In this document: piece after piece, positions 34,215 to 47,568 of the stretch
How the letters are laid out: each line of letters starts with the position of its first letter
Position numbering within the stretch: the first letter of the stretch is position 1
Source of the DNA: Thelocarpon superellum
Taxonomy: Eukaryota
Reading direction: 5' to 3'
DNA: 60,943 bases
NCBI GenBank assembly: GCA_026025795.1
Contig: JAPEUG010000064.1
Coordinates: 1 to 60,943 of the forward strand
Program-made: the position numbers and the translations under genes
The notes under the pieces: generated by a model
Told to the model about the DNA's origin: nothing
The model's input: the letters and a program-made list of their open reading frames with translations, nothing else
The model's database searches: none

Positions 34215-37200
34215 TCACAGCCGCATTTCCTCCTGCAAGAGCTTGTACAGCTTGCGCTTCCGGCGGTATTTCGGGTAAAGCCACTGCGTCGCTTGCCCAA
34301 TCCATTTGGCCAGACGAGGGAAGTAGGTCCGCTCGCCCGCCCACGAGCACGCAAATCCCGCCAAGGCGAGCAGCAATAAGACGGTTCGAAAACGCATCGA
34401 CATCTCGGTCAATTGCATAAAGTTCTGCAGCCACTGAGCCGGATCAAAGAGCAGGTACGTCGACAGTAGCAATCCTACCACGATCGTCACGACAAATGGT
34501 ACTGTCACGCGTCAGCCACGAGTTCCTACCATGCTCCAATCGGTGTGCCTACCGTTCTCGGCCATGGACTGCCGGAAGGGGGGCCCAATGCTGAGCACGA
34601 TGCCGGAGAGGATGTATTGATAGCACGAGACGAGGAACAATGCCGAGTTCTCCGAGTTCAAGATGTCCGGCTTCTTGCGGTGTAGCTTTGGTGGGATGTA
34701 CCTGTGCCGTCCGGTCAGGAAGGTCCGCTTCTCCGTAGATCATGGAGGCATCTCACCATGACTGACGCCGCACTGCCTCATAGGCCGCAAGCTGAACGAG
34801 GATGCAGAGGGCGATCTGGCCCAGCAGCGGTGTGAGCACCTTGCGCGACACCAGGTTGGCCGTCGGACGCTTCTGGCAGAGCACGGGATAAGGTCCCGTC
34901 CAACCCACTGGGGCTCGTCAGCCACCCGTTCACACATACAGGGCCAAGTGACTCACTGAAGATGGCCGTCGGAAGCACCAAGAAGATATCGATGAACAAA
35001 AACTATGATCGGGATCAGTCACGGCATGGTGACGACACTCGGCATTCGGGATCCAACCTGAAAATCACCCAGGTTCGACGCCGAGGCGTAGAGGAAGCTC
35101 ACGGACGTGAACTGGATCGCCGAGTAGAGACTCATGTATTTGAAGCAGCTGAAGCTCGTGACTAGCGCGGCGCGGCCCTCCCTGTCCAAAATCAGTATTA
35201 TCCGGGGCAAAGTGGACGCGGCGGACCCGACCGTATCACCTCGGGCACGCAGCTGATGTCAAAGACGCGACTGGTAAAGGGCGCCGCCACCGACGCCTCG
35301 GCTTCGGACAAGGAGATGCCCACATCAGCGGCTTTGAGCGCACCGCAGTCGTTGGCACCGTCGCCGCAGAAGCCACAGCAGTAATCGATGCTCTGCAGCT
35401 TCTCGACCAGCTCATGCTTCTCGTCCGGCGACATGCGCGCGTACACTTGTCCAGAAGCCAGCATCTGCTCGGCGTCAGCGAGATCCCAGACGGAACAAGT
35501 ACGGCGAACCGTACCCGGTGCAGCATCTCCTGGGGCGCAAAATCGACCATCCAACGAAAGACATCACCACTGATGGCCGTGGAATAGTTTCGAATGTTGG
35601 ACACATCATATGGCGAGGAGGCGTCGATTTCGGCAGGCGGAGGGAGGGGCATGAGGGTCTGATCATCCAGTTGAAATAGGGGGTTATCCACGCTCTCCCA
35701 CACCAAACGCGACTTGGGCGTCCGGGTATCGCCTTCCGCAAAGTGTGGTACAAAGCAATGAGCCGATCGATCGATGAGATTGCACTCGCGCGCAACGCTG
35801 ATGGCCGTGAGGATGTTGTCGCCCGTACACATGATCGTACGAAGTCCCGCGTCGGAGAGCTCGTCAATGATGCTCGTAGTGATCGGCTTCAGTTTGTTCT
35901 CAAAGATGATGAAGCCCACGAACTCGAGCTCACTCTCGACCTCGGCCCGCTTCATCTTTTGCACCTTGACCCAGCTCAGCTTCGGGATTTGCTTGGTCGC
36001 ACACGCGATGACACGAAACCCCCGATGGGTGTAGTACGCGAGCAACTCGTCAAAGTCCGGGGGCACTGTGACGTGGTCAGCGAGGCGTGGGGGGCCAGAG
36101 GGGGCACGCGTACGGGTCTCGCCACGACAGATCTCCTTCATACATTCTGGAGCCCCTTTGACGTAGATGTCGCCTCCCGCCGCCCCGAATTGGCGTACGA
36201 CAACACTGGCACGTCGCAGCTGTGTGACGAATTCGAAGGATCGCAAGATTCCCAGTTCAACGGGGGCATGCTGGCAAATCGTCAGCGCCGGCGTGCACCG
36301 TTCGCCCTTTGACTCACTTGGCCGGACTCGGGTGCATGATAAATGTCGTACTCCATCCCGGGCGGAGGTCGGGCGACGGAGGGAGAGAGGCCACTCTGCT
36401 CGTCGTCGGGCGCTGTGCCGTTCCCTTGTTCGCCTTCCTCAAACGACCATCCCGTAAAGGCAAACATCTTGAGGTCCAAGGGATCCCCCACGAGCTGCTG
36501 CTCCACAATACGGAGCGAGTGGCACGTGGCCATGGTATATAAGACCGCTTTTCGGAGGTCGTAATGGACCGTGGGATCCCGTTCGTACAGCGTTCCGGGT
36601 AAGAGCGAGGATGCATCCGAGACGATGTCGCTGAAACGATCTGACGGCTTCTCCACCACCCGAATCCCCAGCACATCCAGCCCATCTTCCGTCAGCGTGC
36701 CCGTTTTGTCCAGACAGATCACATCGAGCTTGCCACCGACGTTGACCCGTTGCGGGCTGATGCAGAAGATTTGTTTTTGCTTGAGCCGCCGTAGAGCGAA
36801 ATTGGTGCCGATGGTGAGCGTCGCGGGCAAGGCGGGCGGGACGACGATGGTGATGAGATCCAACGCCCGGATCAGGATCAGGTACGCGGGAAGCTGGAGG
36901 CGAACAAAGTTGACAAAGGATGCGACAAAGGCAACGGCCGCGATGGCGCCCATCACGGAGATGTATCGAAACGAGTCCCGATAGAATTTGAAGCCCGAAG
37001 GCTTGGGAAAGAGCATGGAGCGCACCAACGCGCCTTTGGTCGTGTTGAAGCCCGTGCGAAGCACCATGGCCAAGGCGACGGCCTCATCGTCGTTGTCGTC
37101 GTGGGGTCGACGCGCACGCACAATCTTCGTGCCACAGAAGAGGAAATGTCGAGCCAGGTCGGGACGGATAGAGGAGGCCGCCAGATCCAACAGGAGCAGG

Positions 37201-38768
37201 GTTTCTTCCGTGGCGGGGATTTTGGAAACGGGCACGGACTCGCCTGTGAGCATGCTTTCGTTGACAATGCAATCACCCGACAGAAGCAAGCTATCACAAG
37301 GGAACTGCGTCAGGGACGGATCCGAGATTTCGTACACGTCGCCCGGGACGAGTTCCCCTGACGCGACGTAGCGCCAGAAGCCGTTTCGGAGCACCCGGAC
37401 GTCACACTCAAAGGTCGAGACTTCGCGAAGACGCGCCATGGTAGTCTTCGTCTCGATCAGCGTCGTCGTGATGCTCACGACTGAGATGAAGAAAATGCAG
37501 ATGGCATAGTAGTAGTACTCGTCGATGGACCATAAGAAGAGGCTCGCAAGCTGGAAGACGTAGAAGGGGTGAAAGGCCTCGTCAACGAGTAGTTGGAAGA
37601 TCGACTTCTCCTCGACCTCGATCAGATTCTTGCCGAAGACAAGTTGCCGACGTTCTTTTTCCTCGCCATCGAGTCCCGCTCGGATGACATGCACATCAGA
37701 CCACTCGGGGTCCTTCCAGCTGTTGCTCAAGACGAATCTGTCTCGGAGGGGATGGAAGCAGAACCGAATGTAGCGATAGTCCAGCGAGAGCAACAGCGGG
37801 ACGACGGGATCATCATCCTCCTCGTCCTCCCGGCCGTCTCGTTTGTCCGATGCGCCAAAGATGGTAGACAGTGCGCGCCCGTAACGCCGTTGCCGGACCG
37901 CATGGGTCGTAAACTCTCCCCATTGATTCTACCACGCATGAGCATCACTTCGATCCACCCGTGTCGGATGGGCAGCGTACCTCAATGACCACCCACTGGC
38001 ACTCCCGCAATGGCGATGGCGAGGCCACCAGCGCGACACGCCACCGAGGCAGCCAGCGGAACAAAAGATAGGCCAGACCGGCGGTGCATGTGCACAACAA
38101 GACGTAGACGGCCATCCCCAGTGCGTTGGTGCGGAAGCCAGCAACCACAATGGTCAGATCTTCCGTCACGATGTACATTTTCTGCGTGATCCGGCCCGTT
38201 CGTTCATGATGGCTCGTATTGGTTGTGGTGGAAGTCCGTCGCATCAACAGCGGTTGCTCGCTCTCCGCCGAGAATGCGGACGGTCTTCGTCCAGCGAGAG
38301 AGAATGGGTCGGATTCTAAATGGCTGCGGGAACGGACTAAGATGTCATCGTCCTCATCGATATCCACCACGACGTCTCCATCGGTCCATTCGTCGGGATC
38401 TTCGCGTTCATTCAGGTAGGTAAAGCTGGCGGTCGACCCGGCCCGGGCGCGTTGGTGCGCGAAAGAGGCATTGCTGGTGGGAACGCTCTCCGGGATAGGG
38501 CCGGAAAAGACCTAAGTATCATCAGAGCTGAGCGGTGATCGTGACTCTTAAGGTCAGTCACCTCGTCCTGGGCCATCTCCACATCGCTGACGAAGCTGAC
38601 ACTATTGCACAATGAACAATATCCTTCGCTGCCATTGCTCGGCGCAACTCACTCGCTGAGGTTGGAGCCTCGACGATATCGTGGCCGATAGCTTCCATTG
38701 GTCCAAGTGGTCGGATAAGAGCCACTCTGGCGCCGATTCTCAATCGTGACCGCCTCGGAATGTTCCAT
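34215..38768 (-). CDS. YPK9: P5B-type ATPase (Ypk9/ATP13A2 family), multi-intron
   Basis: [68 protein letters not shown]. 5' start uncertain. Confidence 0.95.
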
Positions 38769-40274
38769 GGCTGCGGGCGCCCGGGACAGAGAGCAAGGTC
38801 ACGACGACCTCATGGCGAGACGAAGTGCGCAGGTTGCACCTGGACGCTACGACACCGGACGTGGATCCGCTCCTGTCGGTTTCATCGTATAATTGGATCC
38901 ATCGTTGGCGACATTACCGAGGTAAAGATAGAGGTAGAACAACTAGCTCCTCAAGGGGATCTAATTGGGAGCTGTTCGAGCGCCTACGTTTGTAATATTT
39001 CGGCAGACCTCATCTAAGCCTCCAGGCCTCCCAAGGGGAAGAGGGTCGGTTATGACATATGTAGCTGATTGCGGACCTAACAGCTCCCGCTGACCGTACC
39101 ATGGGTGTCATCGCGAGAACGATACGCCGAATCTTCAGCGCCCGCTGAGGCAAGGGCTAGCGTCACAAGGCGTAGGCTACACAGCTGCCTAGCCATGTAG
39201 GAAGCCCGGACGATAGAGGCACTGACAAACACTCTATCGGGGGTGGCGTTTGTTAGTTCTTACTTCGGAAATTCCGTCGCTGATTCAACGGCGTGGGTTG
39301 GTGTGTTCCAGGTGGGAAAGGGCAAATACGTCCAAGGTATCGGTTGCAGAGGCAATCGTGGTGTGGGGGTCTGTACCCGAGGACTGCGGGGGGGACAAGC
39401 TCTTCATTCACCAGCAGTCCATCAGCTAACATGGTCCTGGGAATCACACGGTCAATTACCGACTGAGACAAGGAGAAGCGATCATGTTGATCACTTGTCG
39501 CGTCCAAGCATCCACCGCGTGTTGAGCCACCAGCAGGGCAGGAAAGGAGGCGTTGAGGCACGGGGCCGCGCAAGGGACCAAAGGGCAAACATAGATGCGT
39601 CACCAACGCATCCGTCATGCTACCGGAGGACCTGTGATAGCAGCCTGGCGGATGTTACACGTAGTAATGGCACGACGTACCAATCCAGAAGTCGAACGTA
39701 CAGCAGAATCTTGGTAGGATGCTGGTGCGTCTGCTGGGGTGGCCCGCATACGTCCACCTACCACATAACATAACCAACATACCACTAACGAGTCAGTTTG
39801 GCGTTGCGGGGCCGGCCAGGCGAGTGAAGCGGCGGTAAAGGCAAAGGTCACCGGTAAATCAAGTCATCGGCTTCCGAGTCGCCACGAGCAGGACGCAGCG
39901 GACCTGACGCTAGGATGAATGGGTGAGGGCGCAGGTCAGCGCCGGCCAACCGAAGGAAAGAATTTCAACACCGCCAAGGGCAACGAGAGGACCCAGTCCT
40001 GGCGATAGCGCAACCCTACTCTCACCCAGATCCTCGTACTCCGATCTGCACACCCTTCCTTCCTCTGGACCACCCTCCTCCGCACGCCTGCATTTGCGTC
40101 GGCCTATCGTGACCCAGCTACTTGGCGCAGTGTCTCTATTCATCTCTCGTCCTGCGTTCCCACCGTCCCCACCGTCCCCACCGTCCCGTTGACCCCGCCA
40201 TCTCCCCTCACCGTCTCGCCGCCACCGCCTCATCTCACACCACGCCTCTGCCCCGCGAAGAGCGGTCTGACATC

Positions 40275-41779
40275 ATGTCTGAACCTATTCGGAGTAAAAA
40301 GCTGGACGTGCAGTCTGCCCCGTAAGCCTCCGTTCCGTCATTCTCGCCGAAGGTCCCGTGAAGTGGTGCTAACCATGTGCCTCCGGACTGTAGCACGCCT
40401 CAGAATACCCCCGCCAGCAATGCCCCGATTTCCTCTCATGCGCAAGAGCCGGGCGTGGCCAGCATCAAAGAAGGTACGTAGCTCGGGACTGATCCCTACT
40501 TCATCGGCCGGTGGGGCCGGTGAGAGTGAGATGGAACTGACGTCGGTGGGGTGCAAAAGAGGATCTCGACCGCGCGGCTGCGGCATCCATCTTCGCCAAG
40601 AACCCCAAGCTGGTCTCGATGATCCAAGGCAAGCTTGGCTCGTTGGTCGGACGTTCATCGGGATACATTGAGTCGCTGCCGGCGCCGGTGCGTCGTCGCG
40701 TGGCCGGGCTGAAGGGCGTGCAGAAGGACCATTCGAAACTCGAGGCCGAGTTCCAGGAAGAGGTGCTCCAGCTGGAGAAGAAATACTTCGCCAAGTTCAC
40801 CCCGCTCTACGAGAAGCGCGCTCAGATCGTCAATGGCCTGGCGGAACCGACGGAGGCAGAGGTCGAAGCCGGCGAGGCCGACGACGAGGACGAGGACAAG
40901 GAAGACGCTGACAAGGCTGACGAGGCCGATGAGCCCACGAGCGAGAGCACAGCCAACCTCAAGGGGATTCCGGAGTTTTGGCTCTCGGCCATGAAGAACC
41001 AAGTCTCGCTCGCCGAGATGATCACGGACCGGGACGAGGGCGCGCTGAAGACGCTCACCGACGTGCGCATGGAGTATCTCGACCGCCCCGGGTTCCGACT
41101 CACTTTCGCCTTTGCCGAGAACGAGTACTTCACCAACAAGACCATCAGCAAGACCTACTTCTACCAAGAGGAGAGCGGCTATGGCGGCGACTTCATCTAT
41201 GACCACGCCGAAGGCGACACGATCGATTGGAAGGCGGGCAAGGACCTCACGGTGCGGGTCGAGAGCAAGAAACAACGAAATAAGAGTGCGCCCTCCTCCA
41301 CCTCCCTTTCCCGCCCCCCACCTTCTCTGCGAGCTCCATCTAACGGGCTGCCACATAGACACGAAACAGACGCGCGTGGTCAAGAAGACGGTGCCGACGG
41401 AATCCTTCTTCAACTTCTTCTCGCCGCCCAAGGCGCCAACTGAGGACGAGGACGCGGCCTCGGACATTGAAGAGCGCTTGGAACTGGATTACCAATTGGG
41501 CGAGGATATCAAGGAGAAGCTCATTCCTCGTGCCATCGATTGGTTCACCGGTGAGGCGTTGCAGTTCGAGGAGCTGGATGAAGATCTCGAAGAGGGTGAC
41601 TTTGAGGATGAGGATGATGAGGAAGACGACGACGTGAGCGAAGACCGCGACGAGGAGGAAGAGTCGGACGATGAGGTGTGTGCCCCGGCACGTACCTTCC
41701 CCGTCGATCTGTACTGACGCGTGCGTAGGATGACAACTCGAAGCCAAAGCAAGAAGCGGCGGAGTGCAAACAGACGTAA
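40275..41779 (+). CDS. NAP1: Nucleosome assembly protein 1, multi-intron
   Basis: [68 protein letters not shown]; ends AAECKQT*. Confidence 0.97.
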
Positions 41780-42500
41780 ACGCCCGATGATGCTCCCCCT
41801 GCCCCTAGTTCTCCGTCCCACCCCTCTGCTCCCTCACGGCGCTGTCCAGGCGAAGTGTTGGGCGTCGAGGGCCCGGATGAGTCTCGGAGATAGCATCACC
41901 TTTCTCCTTCCGGCCGCACTACGCCACTACTTGGCCTTGGCCAGCGCCGTCCGTAGTCCTGCCCTCCTTCCCACCACGATCATCACCGCCTCCCCCTTGC
42001 GTATCGCTCATGCATCTTGCTCATCCCCTCCGACCGGTGTTCTTTGGCCACTTTCCCCCGCTCCATGCTTTCATGCGAGCTCCACCGTCCTGTGATATAG
42101 CATGGAGATCTGGCTGAAAGGGAGAAGGGGAGAAAAGGGGTGTGTTGGTTTCCGTAGATGCTATGACGAACGCCTTGCCACGTCCAAGACCGGTCACGTA
42201 TTTCAGAGTGTTTGCTAGCAGCATGCTTCAATCTCCTTGTTGCCACGACAGTGCCGTGCCTGGTGAAGCCCCAACGTGCAAAGGAGGGAGAGCCGGGAAA
42301 AGTTTCCCGTGGCGTGCTCACGCAGGCCTCGCTTGATTTCGTATAGTGGTGGGCCCACCGGCCCTGGGTCGCGACAGGTTCATAATCGCTCGTGACGACC
42401 CAACCCTTGTCTAGAGGGACGTACCGCACGAGTACATGGAGGAGTCATGTCCTCTTGACGCGGTCTCCCTAAGAGCTGAATTGGACAAACGCGAAACACG

Positions 42501-44314
42501 ATGGCTTCCCCACAGACCATTTCCAGTCGTCCGAATGGGATGTTGAGGATGACATCTAACAGCCGTGGCGTGTCGACCTCTCCCACCAGCACCTTTCACT
42601 CCTTCCCCTCCAGCTTTGGTGGGGCGCCCTTGTCGCGAACCACGACGGGGGCATTCCCCAAGTCGCTCAAGCCCTTTGCCACCGAAGACATCAAAATCCT
42701 CCTGCTCGAGAACATCAACCAGACGGGCCGCGACAAGTTGACCAAGGAGGGGTATCAGGTCGAGGTCCTCAACGCTTCATTAGCAGAAGACCAATTGATC
42801 GAAAAGATCCGGTGGGGTCCTTTGTTGTCGATCAACTTCCCACCTTCCCTGCGGACCGTGGACGAGGGCGCGGCGTGACTGACAGGTTGCCAGCGACGTT
42901 CACGTCATCGGCATCCGCTCCAAAACCAGACTCACCGCCAAAGTTCTCGCAGAGGCCAAGAATCTGATCGTTGTCGGCTGCTTTTGCATCGGCACCAACC
43001 AGGTCGACCTCCAGTATGCCGCCAAACATGGCATTGCCGTCTTCAACTCGCCCTTTAGCAACTCCCGTAGCGTGGCAGAGCTCGTCATTGGGGAGATCAT
43101 CGTGCTCGCCCGACAGCTCGGAGACCGATCCAACGAGATGCATCGGGGCACATGGAACAAAGTGAGCAATAAATGCTGGGAGATCCGGGGCAAGACCCTC
43201 GGTAGGAATCGCCGACATGCCCATCTCTCTCCTGGGCTGATTGAAGCCAGGCATCGTGGGCTATGGCCACATCGGCTCGCAGCTATCCGTCTTGGCTGAA
43301 GCCATGGGCATGTCGGTCATCTACTACGACGTGGTGAATCTGATGGCGCTGGGCACCGCCCGACAAGTGCCGACGCTGGACGCCCTGCTCGAAGGCGCTG
43401 ACTTCGTCACCCTACATGTGCCTGAGCTGCCCGAGACGCAGAAAATGATGGGCCCCGCCCAATTTGAGCGGATGAGGAATGGCAGCTATCTCATCAATGC
43501 CAGCCGTGGAAGCGTCGTCGACATCCCGGCCCTGATCGATGCCATGCGCACGGGTCGTGTGGCCGGTGCCGCCTTGGATGTCTATCCCAGCGAACCCAGC
43601 GGTAACGGCGACTACTTTGCCAATGACCTGAACACCTGGGCCGAGGATCTGAGGGGTCTCAAGAACATCGTCCTGACGCCACATATCGGCGGCAGCACGG
43701 AAGAGGCGCAGAGCGCGATTGGGATCGAGGGTGAATGCCAAGACCAGCCTTTTTCTCCTGCTTTCCTAACGCATGGTAGTGGGCGAGGCCCTGGTCCGGT
43801 ATGTCAACGAAGGCACCACTCTAGGCGCGGTGAATATGCCCGAAGTGTCGCTGCGCTCCCTGACCCTGGATGAACCGAACCACGTCCGCGTATGTTCTCT
43901 TTCCTGTCTTGACTCGCCAGAGGCCATCTTCTGACCATGTGAGACAGGTGGTCTTCATCCATCACAACGTTCCCGGCGTCTTGCGCAAAGGTGTGTCTTC
44001 TGGCTGCGCTACACAGCGACGTGGCTCATATTTGCTAGTCAACGAGGTCCTCGCCGACCACAACGTGGACAAGCAGATGACGGACAGCAGAGGCGAGGTA
44101 TGTGTGATATGTATCACTAGTCAAATGACCCCGTTAACCGCCTCGGCAGGTGGCCTACCTGATGGCCGACATCAGTAACGTCAACCAGAGCGAGATCAAA
44201 GAATTGTTCGAGAACCTGGAGGGCCTAACTTGTAAGACGTGGGAGATCTTCTGCCTGTGACAATCGCTAAAACGGGCCACCGCAGCGCGAATCACGACAC
44301 GCGTACTCTACTAA
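42501..44314 (+). CDS. SER3: D-3-phosphoglycerate dehydrogenase (Ser3/Ser33), multi-intron
   Basis: GIRSKT, CFCIGTNQVDL, NSPFSNSRSVAEL, GYGHIGSQL, INASRG, LTPHIGGSTEEAQ, ACT domain HHNVPGVLR; ends RVLY*. Confidence 0.97.
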
Positions 44315-44338
44315 TGCGGTGAGTTACGAGGCAAGAGG

Positions 44339-44380
44339 CATCTTCAACAACGGCGTACTCATCTTCAACAACGGCGTACT
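44339..44380. repeat. Perfect 21-bp tandem duplication
   Basis: CATCTTCAACAACGGCGTACT x2 in the SER3 3' region. Confidence 0.95.
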
Positions 44381-44663
44381 CTGGTGCAATGGAGACCAAA
44401 GTACATAGGTTTCGGAGAGACATGGTCTGCTTTCAACAAGATATTGCCCTCATCAGGTTGGTGAGTTGATGTCTTCTACAGAAAAGCGTAATCCGAAAGT
44501 CAATTTTGCGGTGGGAATGATAACTCGGGGGATCCCGCAAGCTAGGAATATATATATATGATACTTGAAATGATAGAACAGCTTCCCCGCTGGGGGCCAT
44601 CGCGGAGTCCGACATAAATCTTAGTTTCTCTCAAGACTACTTCACCCCCCTACCATGCAAGAT

Positions 44664-45722
44664 CTAGTAATCTTGGAAAGGACAGCCGTTGGCAGCAGAA
44701 TCCGAATACGTCTTCTCACGCAAGACCTCCCTCGTCAACTTCATCAAGTCCTCACCCAGCTGCTCATCCTGCGACATTGCGCTTCCGGGTTCTGGTACCG
44801 CCGGGGGGCAGATGTACTGTCCGCTCTTGGTAGTAGTCGTCGCGGCGAACATGGTGCTGACGCAGCCCTGCCAGATGCTTTTCTTGAACGGCGCCAGGCC
44901 CACTGACATGCCGTAGCCGCCGAGGGGATAGGGCTCGTGAATGTCCTCCTGCGACATCTTGGTCTTGACGATGCCGGGATGGGTGGCGTTGACCAGGATG
45001 TTGGGGTGCGCCGACGTGAGGTGCCGTGCGAGGTAGCGCGAGTACAGGATGGCTGCCAGTTTGGCTCGGCCGTATTGCGGGTTCGGGCCGTAGTCGGTGT
45101 TGAGCTCGTCCACCGACGCAAATTTCGTGACTTTGGGCGCTTGTTCGTGCAGATTGGACCCCATGTTGACGATGCGTACAGTGTGGCCTTGCGCGGCCGT
45201 CTGCTTGAGGATGGGGAGCAGGTGACTCGTCAATACCACGTGGCCGAAATGCGTGATGGCCATGTGGCGGTCGATACCATAGTCGGTCAACTGGAAGGTC
45301 ATGATGCCGCGCGCCGCGCTGTTGATGAGAATATCGATGCGCTCAGTGCTCTGGGAGATTTCTTGGGCCACTTCCGCCGTCCGCTTCAGGTCCGAAAGGT
45401 CGCATTGCAGCCAGGTCATCTTGGCAGCCGCGTCGGCTCCCATCTCCTCGCGCACGGCGGCGACGGCGCCATCGATCACTTCCTTGGAAACGGAGAGGAC
45501 GAAGAGCTTGCTGATGCCCTTGGAGAGGAGCGTGTGTGTGCAACCGTAGCCGATGCCTTCAGACCCACCGGTGACAACGGCAACCTTGCCATCGAGAGAG
45601 GGCACCTGTTCGAGCGAGAACTGCTGGGATTCTGGCACAAGATTGTGGGACGCGTCTCCGCCAAAATTCTGAGCGACGGTTTGCTTGACGTAGTCCATTA
45701 TGGTGGACAGATAAGAGGGCAT
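44664..45722 (-). CDS. Short-chain dehydrogenase/reductase, bli-4-like (intronless)
   Basis: VTGGSEGIG, DILINSAARGIM, YGRAKLA (YxxxK), NATHPGIV. N-terminal KQTVAQNFGG and EDIHEPYPLGGY resemble the Neurospora BLI-4 subfamily. Alternative start at 45698. Confidence 0.9.
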   Translation of the reverse strand: MPSYLSTIMDYVKQTVAQNFGGDASHNLVPESQQFSLEQVPSLDGKVAVVTGGSEGIGYGCTHTLLSKGISKLFVLSVSKEVIDGAVAAVREEMGADAAAKMTWLQCDLSDLKRTAEVAQEISQSTERIDILINSAARGIMTFQLTDYGIDRHMAITHFGHVVLTSHLLPILKQTAAQGHTVRIVNMGSNLHEQAPKVTKFASVDELNTDYGPNPQYGRAKLAAILYSRYLARHLTSAHPNILVNATHPGIVKTKMSQEDIHEPYPLGGYGMSVGLAPFKKSIWQGCVSTMFAATTTTKSGQYICPPAVPEPGSAMSQDEQLGEDLMKLTREVLREKTYSDSAANGCPFQDY

Positions 45723-47568
45723 TAACGGATAGTTGAGAGGTATTGTCGTGTCGCAGAGCATATATGTGTATTCGGGAATCCGAGATCTTTGCTGGCCTGG
45801 TTACCGTGTACGTGAAATATCATTTCGTCATGATGAACCACGCGTATCATGTAGCCGTCATTCACCAAGCTCCGGTAATGACGTAACTGGGCCACCCGCG
45901 GATATTGGGGGATACGCCGCACGTGGCGAGCATGATCTCGCAATGCCTTGGGGAGCGATCTTACACATCATTGGGTCTTCTCATGCGTGACTAGGTGCTC
46001 TCTAGAGCCACCGAGGCCGATCGATCCATCCGGTCAATTCCGTGTCGTGGTGTCTGGTACGTCGATCGTCACTCATCAAGTCCCGCACCGCGTCTTGAAG
46101 GGCAGTTCCCTCGGCAGGCACGTGCGTTGCGAACACGAGCCACACTCGAGCAAAGAGACGCAAGACCCCGCATGATTTCGAGTCGTCTGTGCGGATCGTG
46201 GACCCAATCAAAATCTGGGGAAGACCTCGTGTGTAGGATCGTGCTCCGTCGAATGTCATAGTTCGGTCTCGTTGTTGGGCTGATGCTGATGCTGATGCTG
46301 ATGCTGGCGACCTGTCCGGACACGGGATCTCCCAGCCACGCCAAGAGAGGTACACGACGGGTGCAGATCTGTCCTCTCCTATCAGGCTATCGGGCTATCG
46401 GTAAAGCTTTGGCTCGTGTTTCACTGTCTTCCAGGCTGTTCCCTCCTTTCCAGCCTCTGATTCGTTTGCCGGTCGGCCTCGCTTAAGGTTATACCGCCGC
46501 CAGCAGAAGTCTGCAGCGAACAGCTACCTAGCCGATCTGCGAGTCCCAGCCTGCGTCAGTGGAAGGAGGGAGAAGGATGCTCTGGCTCGGTACCACGGAA
46601 GCCTGAGGAGCACGAAAGACGTCTGGTCCACAGACGGGGGTCCTGTACAACCCAGGTCTGAACAACGCCCCTTGATAGCGATCACGTACGATAAATGGCC
46701 ATGCAAGCATATTCAAGTCATCTCAAGTGCAGGTCCGCGCAGATATGAGTAGATGCCCGGGTGCGCGTCGGAGTGGACGGGACGAAACGTGCTCCGGCGT
46801 AGCCAATGAATCCTTGCATAGGCATTCAACTTCTACTCGACCCAATAGCTGTTCCAGCAGATTATAGGGTGTCCAGCGTCAGTACTTACACGCGGACGGG
46901 GGTACCCGTGTTCCTAGCCGTCGAGGCCCGCCGCGGTGCCTGAAGCCCGTCACCAAAGGACGTGCGCGCGTACCTGGCAGGGTCTGCGGTCCTGGTCGAA
47001 TCAGACGCGCAGCAAGCGGCAACGGAGGGCCGGACGAAAGCAACATCCCACTCGGTTTCTTCGCCGTGCACTCCCCTAAACAAGCCCAAGGCCCTAGACT
47101 AACGAGTCGCCTGCCGCCGAAGCTGCACCCTGCACGCTGCTATTGCTGCTGACGCCGCGCCGCCGCCTTCCGCTATTCTTCCTCTACCGCGGCCGCTCCC
47201 TGCGGCTCCTCACCACGCTCAACATCGAGGCGGACTCTGTACGGGACGAGTACGGCGTACGAGGAAATCTTCAAAGGTCGACGAGCTCCACCCCAAGTCC
47301 ATCGCCATCCCCACACCGGCGTGCCACACCACCCGTGTCACGTCGACGGACCTTGCCTCTCATCACCCACCATCGTCCTCCTGATGACCCGTCGTTTGTT
47401 ATCGCCCGTGCCGACCTGATAAATCGCGTGCTCGTCCAATTTTGGGCCCGTCGCGCCGCCCGACAGGCCGAGCGCCTCCGCATGTCATCGACCTCGATCG
47501 TCTTGGCCGCGCTCGCGTCGCCCATCACAGTCGCCCCGGGTCGACTGACGACCTAGTCGACGAGCGTG

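Noticed and set aside
39200..39800. Possible RNase P/MRP-like RNA (GGAAATTC at ~39267; 8-bp hairpin 39211-39239)
   Set aside because: No matching CR-V/P4 partner found by eye; an Rfam scan would be needed.
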